A DNA stretch of 64,000 nt from a virus. A program made the position numbers and the translations under genes. Below are positions 21,164-31,029 of the stretch, one piece after another; position 1 is the stretch's first letter, and each line of letters opens with the position of its first letter. The notes below the pieces were generated by a model. It did not search any database. It was given only the letters and a program-made list of their open reading frames with translations, and was not told where the DNA came from. Location: the IMG/VR virus record IMGVR_UViG_3300005466_000026, positions 1-64,000 of that record. One strand, written 5' to 3'.

Positions 21164-21883
21164 GTGAGGCCGATCGAGAAGATCAGGAAGATGCTGGCGC
21201 TGGCTCGCGACCGCGGAGCCACCGAGCAGGAGGCCGCGTCCGCGATGGCGATGGCGTCGAAGCTGATGATGGAGCACGACGTCAGCGAGGAGGAGCTCGA
21301 GAGGCCGCCGGACGGAGGGGAGCTCTGGCACAGCGAGCTGATCGCGACAGAGGGATCAGCCTGGAGGCTTCTGGTGGCTCACGCGGTCGGCGAGCTGCAC
21401 GCCTGCAGAGTTCTGGTGACGAACGAGGGAGCGAGTCTTCTGTTCGCGTCCGGGAGAAGGCTGAACGTCGGCGCCGCAGGCGAGACCTATCCCTATCTCT
21501 GCGAGCAGATACTCAAGATGCTGGAGGAGAGGAGGGAGACTCCTCAGCGGCGAACTGTCTCGTACAGCGGACCCAACTTCTTCGGCACCTTCAGCGCCGA
21601 CACCACCTTCAGCTGGGGAGGATCCAGCGACTTCGATCGCACGTTCATGGAGGGCTGCGCTGCGCGGCTGGTCGAGCGAGCGAAGGAGATCGTCAAGCAC
21701 AACAGACTGGAGATTCCTCCGTCTCAGGCGCTGATGGTCATCGACAGTCCTCTGGACGAGGTCGATCGCGTGTTCCAGAAGGCGGGCATCCAGAAGAAGG
21801 AGGTTCGGGTCAGCGCCGGATCCGGCACCGGAATGGGAATGATGGACGCCGACAGGATCAAGATCAAGAGGGAGATAGAGTGA
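21164..21883 (+). CDS. DUF2786-domain protein
   Basis: 'IEKIRKMLALA...ATEQEAASAMAMASKLMMEHDV'; GTG start at 21164. Confidence 0.75.
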   Translation: MRPIEKIRKMLALARDRGATEQEAASAMAMASKLMMEHDVSEEELERPPDGGELWHSELIATEGSAWRLLVAHAVGELHACRVLVTNEGASLLFASGRRLNVGAAGETYPYLCEQILKMLEERRETPQRRTVSYSGPNFFGTFSADTTFSWGGSSDFDRTFMEGCAARLVERAKEIVKHNRLEIPPSQALMVIDSPLDEVDRVFQKAGIQKKEVRVSAGSGTGMGMMDADRIKIKREIE

Positions 21884-22154
21884 TGCCGGACGTAGTCTTC
21901 AGACAGATAACGATGCAGCAGCAGCGTCTGCCGGACGGGACTCTCAGACTAGTAGTTCTGGGCAGATGGCCGTCGCACGTCAGAGCAGCGCTGAGTTTTC
22001 TCAGCGGGAGCTACGTGACCGTCGAGGAAGACGGCTGCGTCAAGATCACCGTCGACAACGGATGGGCGAGGTACCGACCGATGAAGAGTCAGCCGAGCGA
22101 CGCGTCCTACATGCAGCTCGAGAGAGTGGCGTACGAGAACAGAGGAGAGCAGAG

Positions 22155-22613
22155 ATGACCGAAACTAGCAGAAGAGAGTTCATCCAGTATCTGGCCTGCG
22201 TGGCCGCAGCGTCCTCGCCGCTTCCGGCGACGGCGGAGGCGTTCGCGCAGTACTACGAGGCCAACACTCCGCACGTCGACAGGCTGGTGGCCGTCGACGA
22301 GATCTTCCTGTCGGGGACTGCGAGCAGAGGATTCCCGCTGATATTCGATCTGTTCAAGAACGACAAGATGGTGGTGCCCTACGCGATCAATCTGTTCGGC
22401 GGCATCATGAGAATATACTTCGGACCAGACCAGAAGATCGTGGCCGGAGAGAGCGACATATTCTGGCAGATGCGCAGGATCGGCGGTCTGGAGTTCGACG
22501 ACGACGAGTTCTCCTTCAGTCACGTCGTCGGACACGTGACCTACATCGGCATGGACAAGGTCAGACGCTACGCTCAGTTCACCAAGCCGCAGGGCTCAAT
22601 CATAGACCCGTAG
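22155..22613 (+). CDS. Hypothetical protein with a twin-arginine (Tat)-like signal
   Basis: 'SRREFIQYLACVAAASS...AEA'; start at 22155. Confidence 0.55.
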   Translation: MTETSRREFIQYLACVAAASSPLPATAEAFAQYYEANTPHVDRLVAVDEIFLSGTASRGFPLIFDLFKNDKMVVPYAINLFGGIMRIYFGPDQKIVAGESDIFWQMRRIGGLEFDDDEFSFSHVVGHVTYIGMDKVRRYAQFTKPQGSIIDP

Positions 22614-22623
22614 GAGAAGCGCC

Positions 22624-23049
22624 GTGATACTCAGAACGTGCACGCTGCAGGACGCCCCTCTGCTGGAGGCCTGGGATCCCGAGGGCGAGATGTGGGTCGG
22701 GGACAAGACGGAGTTTCTGGCTGACAGGGTCGGCGATCGTAATCTCTGCATGCTCGTCGGCGAGAACGCGGTCGGCAGATATCCTCTCGCGTGGGGAGCG
22801 ATCAAGCTGGAGCCAGACTGCTTCGTCCTCGCGTGGTTCGTCGCGCCGCTGTTTCGTCGGTCTGGACGCGGTCTCAAGCTGGCCAGGATGCTGGTCGACA
22901 TGGTAGAAGACAGCTACGGACCTATCAAGGCTAGGATCAACGCGAACCGTCCCTACTCCGAGCGGATAGCCGTTCGTCTCGGGATGGTGCCGGAGGGCGG
23001 ACTGCTGGAGACCGGAGAGAAGTGGTGGGTGCTGAGAGGGAGGTCGTGA
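22624..23049 (+). CDS. GNAT-family acetyltransferase
   Basis: Motif A 'VAPLFRRSGRG', then 'N..SERIA.RLGM'. Confidence 0.7.
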   Translation: MILRTCTLQDAPLLEAWDPEGEMWVGDKTEFLADRVGDRNLCMLVGENAVGRYPLAWGAIKLEPDCFVLAWFVAPLFRRSGRGLKLARMLVDMVEDSYGPIKARINANRPYSERIAVRLGMVPEGGLLETGEKWWVLRGRS

Positions 23050-24492
23050 TGGGACACCAGCCGAGACCCAGACTCAGCGAGTACGGAAACCTGATGCCGC
23101 AGCCTGCTCCAGGATCCGAGGAGGAGAGATGGCAGAAGATCTACCAGCGTAGAAGAGACGTTCTTGCTGCCGTCATCGCCGTCGTGGTCCTGGTCGTGCT
23201 GGTGGGCATCCCGCTGACGATCCTGTTCGAGAAGCAGAGTGAGTACGACAAGTTCCGAGCTGAGAGAACGCTGATCAAGATCTGCGCCGACGGCACGCGC
23301 ATCTACGAGTGGAAGGGAGAGCCTATGCTGAGCGACTTCACGAGAGTCAAGAGGGAGGCGTGCCAGTGAGACATCTCAGACTTCTGCATCAGTTCAACAA
23401 CGACTATCGCCGCAGAGAGTTCCGCGGCAGACAGTGCGTACTTATCTCGACTGCGGCGATCTGGATCGTGACAACGCTGATCACCGGCATGGACGTCATG
23501 CTCGCGGTAGCCGCGCTGGAGCTGAGCTGCGCGGTCACAGAGGCGCAGCGGTTCCGCAGAACCGGCCAGTACATACAGACGAATGGTCACATCATGGTCG
23601 GAGCGTCCGAGCACGACGAGAGACAGAGGCATCTTCTCAGGAGGGGGTTTCAGGATGACTACACCAGAGCGCTCACGCGACAGTAACCTGCCGGCGAGAA
23701 TCCTGACGATGGTCATGATCCTAGTGATAGTAGCCATCATGCTCCAGCTCAAGAGAGTCGAGACGCTGGTGCACAAGATAGACGAGAGGCTGTTCAACGT
23801 GGAGATGGCCAGATGAGCGCAGATCTTCTCACTAACCTAATTCTGATAGCCTCTATCTCGGTGGTCTCGTACTGCCTCGGTAGAAGAAAGATGCCGAGCG
23901 AGCGAACCATGATCGAGCATCTGGTCAAGCTCCGCGCCAGAAGGATGGTGGAGTTCGTGGCCAGATCCAGGATAGAAGACGAGATAAACGCCAAGGCGAT
24001 GACTCTGGCAGGGAGGGCATTCAGGTCGTGATGCACGAGATCATGAGAAACCCCTGGATCTACCTCGTGGCAGCATTTCTGCTGGGACTTCTGTCCGCGA
24101 TCATGGGAGTACCGCTGTGAATATGTCAGATCCAACCGAGTGGCCAGCACTGGCGATAGCCGTAGTCTGCATGGGTACGGTCGCGATAGTGCTACTGCTC
24201 ATACTCAAGTACGGAGCCGCAGGATGACGCTAGAAGAGGAGACTCTGCTCGAGAGAGTGATCGAGCGAATGACGTGGAAGGAGATACACGCCTATCAGGC
24301 CGAGATGCAGAAGGGACAGTCCATCTACGAGGACGCCGGAGGCTTCCTCATGCGCGGTCTGCGCAGGCTGTTCGGTCTCAAGGAGGTGCGCTACCCGGAG
24401 ATCATCAACTACCAGAACGCCGCGCGAGCGATGGTGCGCAGCCTCAAGGACCGAGAGTCCCACAAGAAGCCCAACAAGAGAAAGTCTAGGCG

Positions 24493-25263
24493 ATGACTCA
24501 TCAGGTCAAGAAGGCCGTCTGCTCCGTCTGCATGAAGGATCTAGACCGCAGCGTGCCGATAGACGCGGAGGAGATTACGTGCTTCTTCTGCTGCCAGATA
24601 CGCGGCGACCCGATAGAGATCGCGAAGAAGTACTCCAAGGGTGGTCGCGCTCGTCTCCAGTGCACGGTGGACGCAATTCGCAGCGCGAACCACCTCAAGC
24701 TGGACGGCGACTTCGTGGAGTGCGGAGTCTGGATGGGCGGTCACGTCATGCTGGCTAGGATGCTCAGCCCTGATCGGCGATGCTGGCTCTACGACACGTT
24801 CGAGGGGATGCCTCCCCCGGGACCGCACGACATCAAGCACAACAAGCCGGGGGACAATCCGTACCGTGCGTCTGCGCACATGGCCCGCAAGAACGGACTG
24901 CCGATGTCGAGAGCTCCCATAGATCAGGTTATGGACGCGTTCCGGAGCGAGGGGCTGATGGACGACAAGAAGATGAGATTCGTGCCCGGACTGGTGGAGG
25001 CGACGCTGCTGATGCCGGAGAACCTCCCGGACAAGATCTCGGTGCTTCGCCTGGACACGGACTGGCACGACAGCACCAAGATGGAGCTGGAGGTTCTGTA
25101 TCCTAGGCTGCAGCGCGGCGGCTATCTGATCATCGACGACTTCGGGCACTGGGAGGGCGCGAGGAAGGCGACGAAGGACTACTTCGCGGCGCACAAGATG
25201 GACTTCGGTCGCCTGCGTCACGTCGACTACACCTGCGTCTACTGGATCAAGGGAGAGACGTGA
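24493..25263 (+). CDS. TylF/MycF/NovP-family sugar O-methyltransferase
   Basis: 'GDFVECGVWMGG', 'LYDTFEGMP', 'LRLDTDWHDST', 'GGYLIIDDFGHW'. Confidence 0.9.
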   Translation: MTHQVKKAVCSVCMKDLDRSVPIDAEEITCFFCCQIRGDPIEIAKKYSKGGRARLQCTVDAIRSANHLKLDGDFVECGVWMGGHVMLARMLSPDRRCWLYDTFEGMPPPGPHDIKHNKPGDNPYRASAHMARKNGLPMSRAPIDQVMDAFRSEGLMDDKKMRFVPGLVEATLLMPENLPDKISVLRLDTDWHDSTKMELEVLYPRLQRGGYLIIDDFGHWEGARKATKDYFAAHKMDFGRLRHVDYTCVYWIKGET

Positions 25264-25625
25264 TGAGCAGCACCTTCGTCTGGATCGCGACTGGAATGTA
25301 CGTCGCGCAGGCTTTGGTGTATGCTCTGGAGGGCAGATATCCGCACGTCGCTATCATGGCCGGTTACGTTCTGGCCAACGTCGGGATAATCTGGAGCGTC
25401 AGCTAGGAGGAGAAGAGAGATGGCGAAGCTGCAGGTAGAGGACCTAGAGGTCGGCGACCGCGTGACGCACGCCAGCGCGGGCGACGGCACCGTCAAGAGG
25501 AAGGAGCTCAACAGCGTCACGGTCGTGTACGACATGCTCGATAAAGACGGCATACCGTTCACCTCCAGATACGAGCGCGAGTGGCTCGCGGAGTACGACT
25601 TCCTGACCAAGAAGGAGGGTTTCTA

Positions 25626-26147
25626 ATGACCAAGAGAGTCTACATACTGTTCGGCGGCATCTGGAGCTGGGACGGCGTCGCCACGTCCGCGGGAATGAAC
25701 ATTCTGGCGTCGAAGCTGGCTGCGCTGCCGGACGTCGTCGTCAAGAGCTACTCGTGGGCGGACTACAAGCGATGCTTCGCCGACCAGAACACAGAGGTCA
25801 AGGCGAAGGACAAGATGATCGGGATCGGGTACTCCGGCGGCGGACCGCACATGACGATGATCGCGAACATGATGAGCCCCTACCGAGAAGTCATGGATCT
25901 CATGGTGCTGTACGATCCGTCGCCTCCGCAGTGGATGCAGCGAATTCACGGAAACGTGAAGCGAGCAGTCTGCTACCAGAACGAGTCGCCGACTTGGTTC
26001 ATCTATCCTCTCGGCGCGGCCAAGCTGGAGGCGGCCAGCGACGGACCGAAGATCGAGGTCGTGCCGCTGAACATGAACCATCTGGCCGTGCAGTACGACA
26101 CCGTCCTGCACGACAAGACGGTCGAGTACGTGAGGGCAGTCCGATGA
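25626..26147 (+). CDS. Small alpha/beta-hydrolase
   Basis: Nucleophile elbow 'IGYSGGG', 'LYDP', C-terminal His ('NHL'). Confidence 0.6.
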   Translation: MTKRVYILFGGIWSWDGVATSAGMNILASKLAALPDVVVKSYSWADYKRCFADQNTEVKAKDKMIGIGYSGGGPHMTMIANMMSPYREVMDLMVLYDPSPPQWMQRIHGNVKRAVCYQNESPTWFIYPLGAAKLEAASDGPKIEVVPLNMNHLAVQYDTVLHDKTVEYVRAVR

Positions 26148-27478
26148 GAAGCGATCCGTATCAGACGAGAGCTCGCGAGCTCTGCTTGGCAGCGGGCGTA
26201 GACCCGGACAGCCGCGTCGGCGAAGGCCGAGGAATGCCTGCGTGGTGCGCGTACAGAGACGCCGCGAGAAAGGAGCACGTCGCAGCGGAGGCGTCCAAGA
26301 CGGCCGCGGAGATAGCCGTCAAGCCGCAGGATCCCAGGTACAGGGACAGTCCTCTGCGCGTCTTCGGAGAGCACGACGACAACACCATCAACCAGATGAA
26401 GAACTGCATGAGCGTGGGCAACGCCGTCGCAGGAGTGATCTGCGCCGACGGACATCTGGGCTACGCTCAGCCCGTCGGCGGCGTGATAGCCTACGAGAAG
26501 CAGATCAGCATCAGCGGCGTCGGCTTCGACATCGGCTGCGGAAACATGGCGGCTCGTCTGGACGTTCCCTACTCGCAGATCAAGGACCGCGTCGGTCCAC
26601 TGCTGAGGGATATCCAGAAGGTGATATCGTTCGGCGTCGGCAGAACCAACGACGAGCGTGTGGAGCACGCCCTCCTCGACGACTCCGAGGCGTGGAGAGA
26701 GGCCGACAGGGAGGACTACCGCCAGAAGGCGGCAGCTCAGCTCGGCACCGTCGGGTCGGGTAATCACTACGTGGATCTCCTGCGAGACGAGGACGGCCTC
26801 GTGTGGATAGGAGTTCACTTCGGCAGCAGAGGCCTCGGTCACAGCAGCGCGACCAAGTATCTCAAGGCTGCAGGAGGCAAGGACGGCATGAACGTTCCGC
26901 CCGCAGTGATAGACGAGGACAGCGAGCTCGGTCGGCGCTACATAGCCGCGATGGAGCTGGCCGGACGCTACGCCTACGCAGGACGCGAGTGGGTCGTCGA
27001 GCGAGTTCGCCGAATGATCGGCGGGAACGTTCTCGACACGATCCACAATCACCACAACTACGCCTGGAGGGAGCGTCACGGAGACAGGGATCTCTGGGTC
27101 GTTCGCAAGGGCGCGACGCCAGCATTCCCCGGTCAGCGCGGCTTCGTCGGCGGATCCATGGGCGACGACGCGGTGATACTCGAGGGAGTCGACAGCCAGG
27201 AGGCCAAGGACTCTCTCTACTCCACCATCCACGGAGCTGGCAGGCTGTTCGGCCGCAAGGAGGCCAAGCGACGCTTCAGCAGGCAGGAGATGGACGCGTG
27301 GCTGACGGCGCGAGGCGTGACGCTGGTGGGAGCAGATCTCGACGAGAGTCCTATGGCCTATCGCAGACTGCCGGACGTGCTCAAGCATCACTCGCAGTCG
27401 GTCAGAGTGCTGCACACGCTGCGACCATTCGCCGTCGCGATGGCGGGAGCGGGCGAGTTTGATCCGTTCAGGGACTAG
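26144..27478 (+). CDS. rtcB: RtcB family RNA ligase
   Basis: 'DGHLGY..PVGG', 'DIGCG', 'GTVGSGNHY', 'HFGSRG', 'HNHHN', 'RKGAT', 'HGAGR', 'DESPMAYR'; start MRSDP at 26144. Confidence 0.95.
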   Translation: MRSDPYQTRARELCLAAGVDPDSRVGEGRGMPAWCAYRDAARKEHVAAEASKTAAEIAVKPQDPRYRDSPLRVFGEHDDNTINQMKNCMSVGNAVAGVICADGHLGYAQPVGGVIAYEKQISISGVGFDIGCGNMAARLDVPYSQIKDRVGPLLRDIQKVISFGVGRTNDERVEHALLDDSEAWREADREDYRQKAAAQLGTVGSGNHYVDLLRDEDGLVWIGVHFGSRGLGHSSATKYLKAAGGKDGMNVPPAVIDEDSELGRRYIAAMELAGRYAYAGREWVVERVRRMIGGNVLDTIHNHHNYAWRERHGDRDLWVVRKGATPAFPGQRGFVGGSMGDDAVILEGVDSQEAKDSLYSTIHGAGRLFGRKEAKRRFSRQEMDAWLTARGVTLVGADLDESPMAYRRLPDVLKHHSQSVRVLHTLRPFAVAMAGAGEFDPFRD

Positions 27479-28013
27479 AGACATGGACAAGGTAGACTTC
27501 GTCAACTCGTTCGCGTGGCTGTACGTCAGCGTCCTCGTCGCGGCGTCGGTCGGGTTCTTGTCCTGGATAGCGGGAGGACACAGATGATCCCAGGTATGGT
27601 CTTCAAGTTCAAGCGGTCCGCCGACGGCGGACCCATGACGATCAACGGCGTGACGGTGACGAGAGGCGAGACGCTGATCATTCGTCACCCAGACGGTCGG
27701 CCGGTGGTGGCCGGCGATCTGGAGGCGGGAGTCACGTACGAGGTGGAGAACGGCGTGCTGAGAAGGATAGGCTGAGGATGAGATGCGCTTGGTGCGGCAC
27801 GCCGACTCTGACTGCCAAGTCTCACCGTCTTCACACGAAGAACTGCGAGGAGCGCAGATGGTGTCAGACGTGCGGCTGGTGCGACACTCGCCACACGGAC
27901 GGTAGTCCGGTCGGTGTCATCTTCTCGGACGGTCCGTTTCAGATAGGACCAGTCTGCGACAGCTTCAAGCCGAAGCCGCGCCGCTACAGAGTACACGGAA
28001 GGAGAGTTAGACT

Positions 28014-28178
28014 ATGAGCAAGCGCAAGAGAGGAGGCGCGAGCGTTCCCTGCATCTGCAGCAAGAGCGCTCCCTCCAGGGTTCTAGACACCAGACGCAGG
28101 CAGTCGTCGGTCATTCGGCTGAGAGTCTGCGTCGAGTGCGGCAAGCAGTTCAAGACCAGAGAGAAGAGGGTGTCGTGA
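28014..28178 (+). CDS. NrdR-like N-terminal zinc-ribbon mini-protein (not in ORF track)
   Basis: Hand translation MSKRKRGGASVPCICSKSAPSRVLDTRRRQSSVIRLRVCVECGKQFKTREKRVS matches the NrdR Zn ribbon (C..C..S.V.D.R...IR.R.C..C...F.T.E). Confidence 0.65.
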   Translation: MSKRKRGGASVPCICSKSAPSRVLDTRRRQSSVIRLRVCVECGKQFKTREKRVS

Positions 28179-28356
28179 GCGACAGAGTCAGGCTGCTGAT
28201 CAGCTGCGAGAGGTGCGGCGGGATGAGACTCACCGACTGGAGAGTACTCGAGACGACTCTCGACTGGAGGTACGTCGAGACCAGCGAGCTCGGCGTCAGG
28301 CCTCACAGCCCGGAGACCATGTGCGGCCGATGCCGCAAGCTGGAGAGGAGAGAAGA

Positions 28357-28656
28357 ATGAAGAAGCGCAACGTCGTGATCGACGGCTTCAGGACCGCGGT
28401 CTCCGTCGAGGACGAGTTCTGGAGAGAGCTAAAGAGAATGGCGGCCAGAGAAAATACCACTCTCGGCGAGCAGGTGAGACTTGCCAGCTGCGACCTTCCT
28501 ACTCACAACCGAAGCAGCGCGGTTCGCTGCTACGTCCTCAAGAGAGTCAGGGAAAAGCATGACGATAGACGGCGGACTGCGGAAGGAGTTCAGGAGACGC
28601 ATCAGGGACGTCCACTGGCAGACGATCGAGAGGCTCCTGGACAGGGGCGTCCCTGA
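28357..28656 (+). CDS. Ribbon-helix-helix protein (RHH_4 type)
   Basis: 'KRNVVIDGFRTAVSVEDEFWRELKRMA...NRSSAVRCYVL'. Confidence 0.8.
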   Translation: MKKRNVVIDGFRTAVSVEDEFWRELKRMAARENTTLGEQVRLASCDLPTHNRSSAVRCYVLKRVREKHDDRRRTAEGVQETHQGRPLADDREAPGQGRP

Positions 28657-29023
28657 CTCGAACGTCTGCTGCGACGGCGTCGACACCTGGATCGAGTACA
28701 AGTTCACTCGCAAGTGGTACGTCAAGATCCGACCAGAGCAGATCGGCTGGCACCTGACCCGCGCCAGACACGGCGGTCGCAGCGTCATAGCCGTGCGGCA
28801 GACCATCGCCCCCGGCCCTCGCCGCGGAGACGCCGTGGACGCCCTGTGGTTGATACAGGGCAGCGCGGCTGCAGTGCTGGCGGAGCATGGTCTGCAGCCG
28901 TACCACAGGGTCTTATCGGGAGGTGCTAGGTGGCCTAGGGACGTCCTGGGACGCTGGTACGGCGGACCGGGGGTTTGGCCGTGGCAGGACGTCAGAGCTG
29001 TTCTGGCGGGTCGCCGCGCGTAG
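28559..29023 (+). CDS. PD-(D/E)XK nuclease (VRR-NUC / Holliday junction resolvase-like)
   Basis: 'GVPD...WIEYK...IRPEQIGW...GG'. Confidence 0.75.
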   Translation: MTIDGGLRKEFRRRIRDVHWQTIERLLDRGVPDSNVCCDGVDTWIEYKFTRKWYVKIRPEQIGWHLTRARHGGRSVIAVRQTIAPGPRRGDAVDALWLIQGSAAAVLAEHGLQPYHRVLSGGARWPRDVLGRWYGGPGVWPWQDVRAVLAGRRA

Positions 29024-29280
29024 CAGAAGGAGAGGCGAGATGGAGAGCAGGCAGAACGGACCCGGACCAGAGAAGGTGATCATACCGGCGTCTCTGTACG
29101 AGAGACTGAGAAAAGAGGGTCACGACATGAGGCTGTATCAGCCGAGCGAGATGATACCCGCGTGGGAGCCGGACGACAGAATGAGCTGGTGGCGCTGGCT
29201 ACTCGTCGTTCTCATAGTCGCGTTCGTGGTTCTAACGGCGCGAGAGCTGTACGAGATCATCAATCATCCTGGAAGGTAGC

Positions 29281-29775
29281 ATGTGGACCGCAGAAGAAGA
29301 GGATCTGCTCAAGCAGATGATAGCCGAGGGATTGACGGGAGCTCAGTGCGCGGCTCAGCTGCCCGGGAAGAGTAGGAACGCCGTGATCGGCAAGGTGCAC
29401 CGGATGGGGGACCGGATGCCGCGCACGAACAGGCCGCGCAGCAAGAAGACCAAGGTCAGCACGCACGCCAGAGACGACGTTCCCTTCTGGCCGCAGTACC
29501 CCACGCTGACGACGAGAGGCAGGAAGGGGAGCGACATCCCGAAGCTCAGCAGCTCGGTCGAGGTCGCAGCGCCCGTCAGTCTTCTAGAGCTGGAGAAGCA
29601 TCACTGTCGCTGGCCGGTGGACCACGACGGCAGAACGAAGTTCTGCGGCAGAAGTCGCTCCGAGCCTGATCCGTACTGCGAGGATCACATGTCGCAGAGT
29701 CGTCGCGGAACGCAGAAAGATCCCCCTCCCGACCCTGGATACGGGCCGAGAGGGGGATCGTTTCGGTTTCGCTAG
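29281..29775 (+). CDS. gcrA: GcrA cell-cycle regulator homologue
   Basis: 'MWT.E...L...GL...Q.A..L..SRNAVIGKVHR' and 'SLLEL...CRWP...FCG...PYCEDH'. Confidence 0.9.
   Translation: MWTAEEEDLLKQMIAEGLTGAQCAAQLPGKSRNAVIGKVHRMGDRMPRTNRPRSKKTKVSTHARDDVPFWPQYPTLTTRGRKGSDIPKLSSSVEVAAPVSLLELEKHHCRWPVDHDGRTKFCGRSRSEPDPYCEDHMSQSRRGTQKDPPPDPGYGPRGGSFRFR
29719..29765. terminator. Hairpin at the junction of convergent transcription units
   Basis: GATCCCCCTC (29719) and GAGGGGGATC (ending 29759) form an inverted repeat, followed by GTTTC. Confidence 0.5.
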
Positions 29776-30327
29776 CTCCTCATCTCTAGTCGGGGGTTGA
29801 TGTTCACCGGCTCCTTCGGCCGCAGCGACATGGGACAGTCGCTCTTGGCGACGTCCGTCACTCGGTCCTGGATCTTGTGGCAGGTGCTCTCCAGTCCGAG
29901 TCCGTCCTTGAAGCTGCAGTAGTTCGCGACGAAGAAGTAGCCGAGGGCTGCTCCTATCGTTATGATCTTGATGGCTGTCATTCGTCGTATCCTCTGAGTT
30001 CGTGTGGTTCCACCTTCAGCTTGACCTGCAGAACGCACACCCATCCAGAGGGACGGGGAAATCTGCGGGGGATCGGTCTACCGACCATGATCCACTCGTC
30101 GTACTCGCCGCAGAACTCCCTCACGCACCTCTCGATGCGAAGATAGTCCTGCGTCGTAACTATCATGTTCACCCATCCGAGACGATGGGAGGGCGACACG
30201 GTCCAGGCCACGCCTGTTCGCTCGTTCCTGACCGTGATGCTTCCTAGTCTAGCCGCTGCCGTCATGAGTCTAACCCTCTAAGGTGTGGGAAGGACGGTCC
30301 CTCGGGGACCGCCCTCCTCTGTTCAGA

Positions 30328-31029
30328 TCAGGACGTCTTGACCAGACCCATGCGCAGTAGAGTGCGGATGGTGCCGGTCTTGACCTTCTTGCTCCTGAGC
30401 GTCTTGACGCTCTGGCCGCTGTTCGTGCGAACGCGCTCGGTGCGCTCCCACTTGCCGGTCTTCTCACGGAACGGATTGGCCTTGCCTGCCCACGTGATCT
30501 TCGTGTCGTCCTCCATCTTGACGCGGGGACCAGAGGACTTCTTCGCTGCGGTCTTGGACTTCTTGGTGGCTTTCTTTGGCATGGTCTTGTCTTCCTTCTG
30601 CTTTGACTTGGTTGACTTGGATGGCTTCACGAGATCGCTGATGCGCTCGTGCAGTCGGGTGCACGCCTTCTTGCCGGTCGACAGATCAACGAACATGGTG
30701 ACCGGCTTCACGTGCTGAAGCCCGACGTCGACTGCCGTCGGAACCATGTCGTTGTAGAGCTTGACTGCGGCGTCGACGGTGGTCAGCTCCTTGAGCATCG
30801 CGCCGAAGCCCTCTGCCTTCTCACCGTTTCGCTTTTCGTCCCTTGCCCGCCTTGCCTCCGGATCCGACTTTCGCTTCGCCTTGGGCGCGGCGCTTGGCTC
30901 GGGCTTCTCTGCCGCTGCTTCCGGCTTTGGAGTTAGCGGTACTTCGTTCTTCTTGGCCTCCTTCGGGTTCGGCTCGGCCTTGACCTGAGCCTCCTCCGTC
31001 TTCGCCTCCGTCTTCTGGTCCTGCGTCAT
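30328..31029 (-). CDS. Lys/Ala-rich putative DNA-binding protein
   Basis: Histone-like basic linker; C-terminal 'NPFREKTGKWER...GQSV...MGLVK' domain. Confidence 0.55.
   Translation of the reverse strand: MTQDQKTEAKTEEAQVKAEPNPKEAKKNEVPLTPKPEAAAEKPEPSAAPKAKRKSDPEARRARDEKRNGEKAEGFGAMLKELTTVDAAVKLYNDMVPTAVDVGLQHVKPVTMFVDLSTGKKACTRLHERISDLVKPSKSTKSKQKEDKTMPKKATKKSKTAAKKSSGPRVKMEDDTKITWAGKANPFREKTGKWERTERVRTNSGQSVKTLRSKKVKTGTIRTLLRMGLVKTS

Larger units (their letters stand above)
13828..25626 (+). other. Dense run of short, translationally coupled hypothetical early genes
   Basis: Many 50-170 aa ORFs with GGAG RBS and ATGA/GTGA overlaps, typical of a phage accessory region. Confidence 0.7.
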
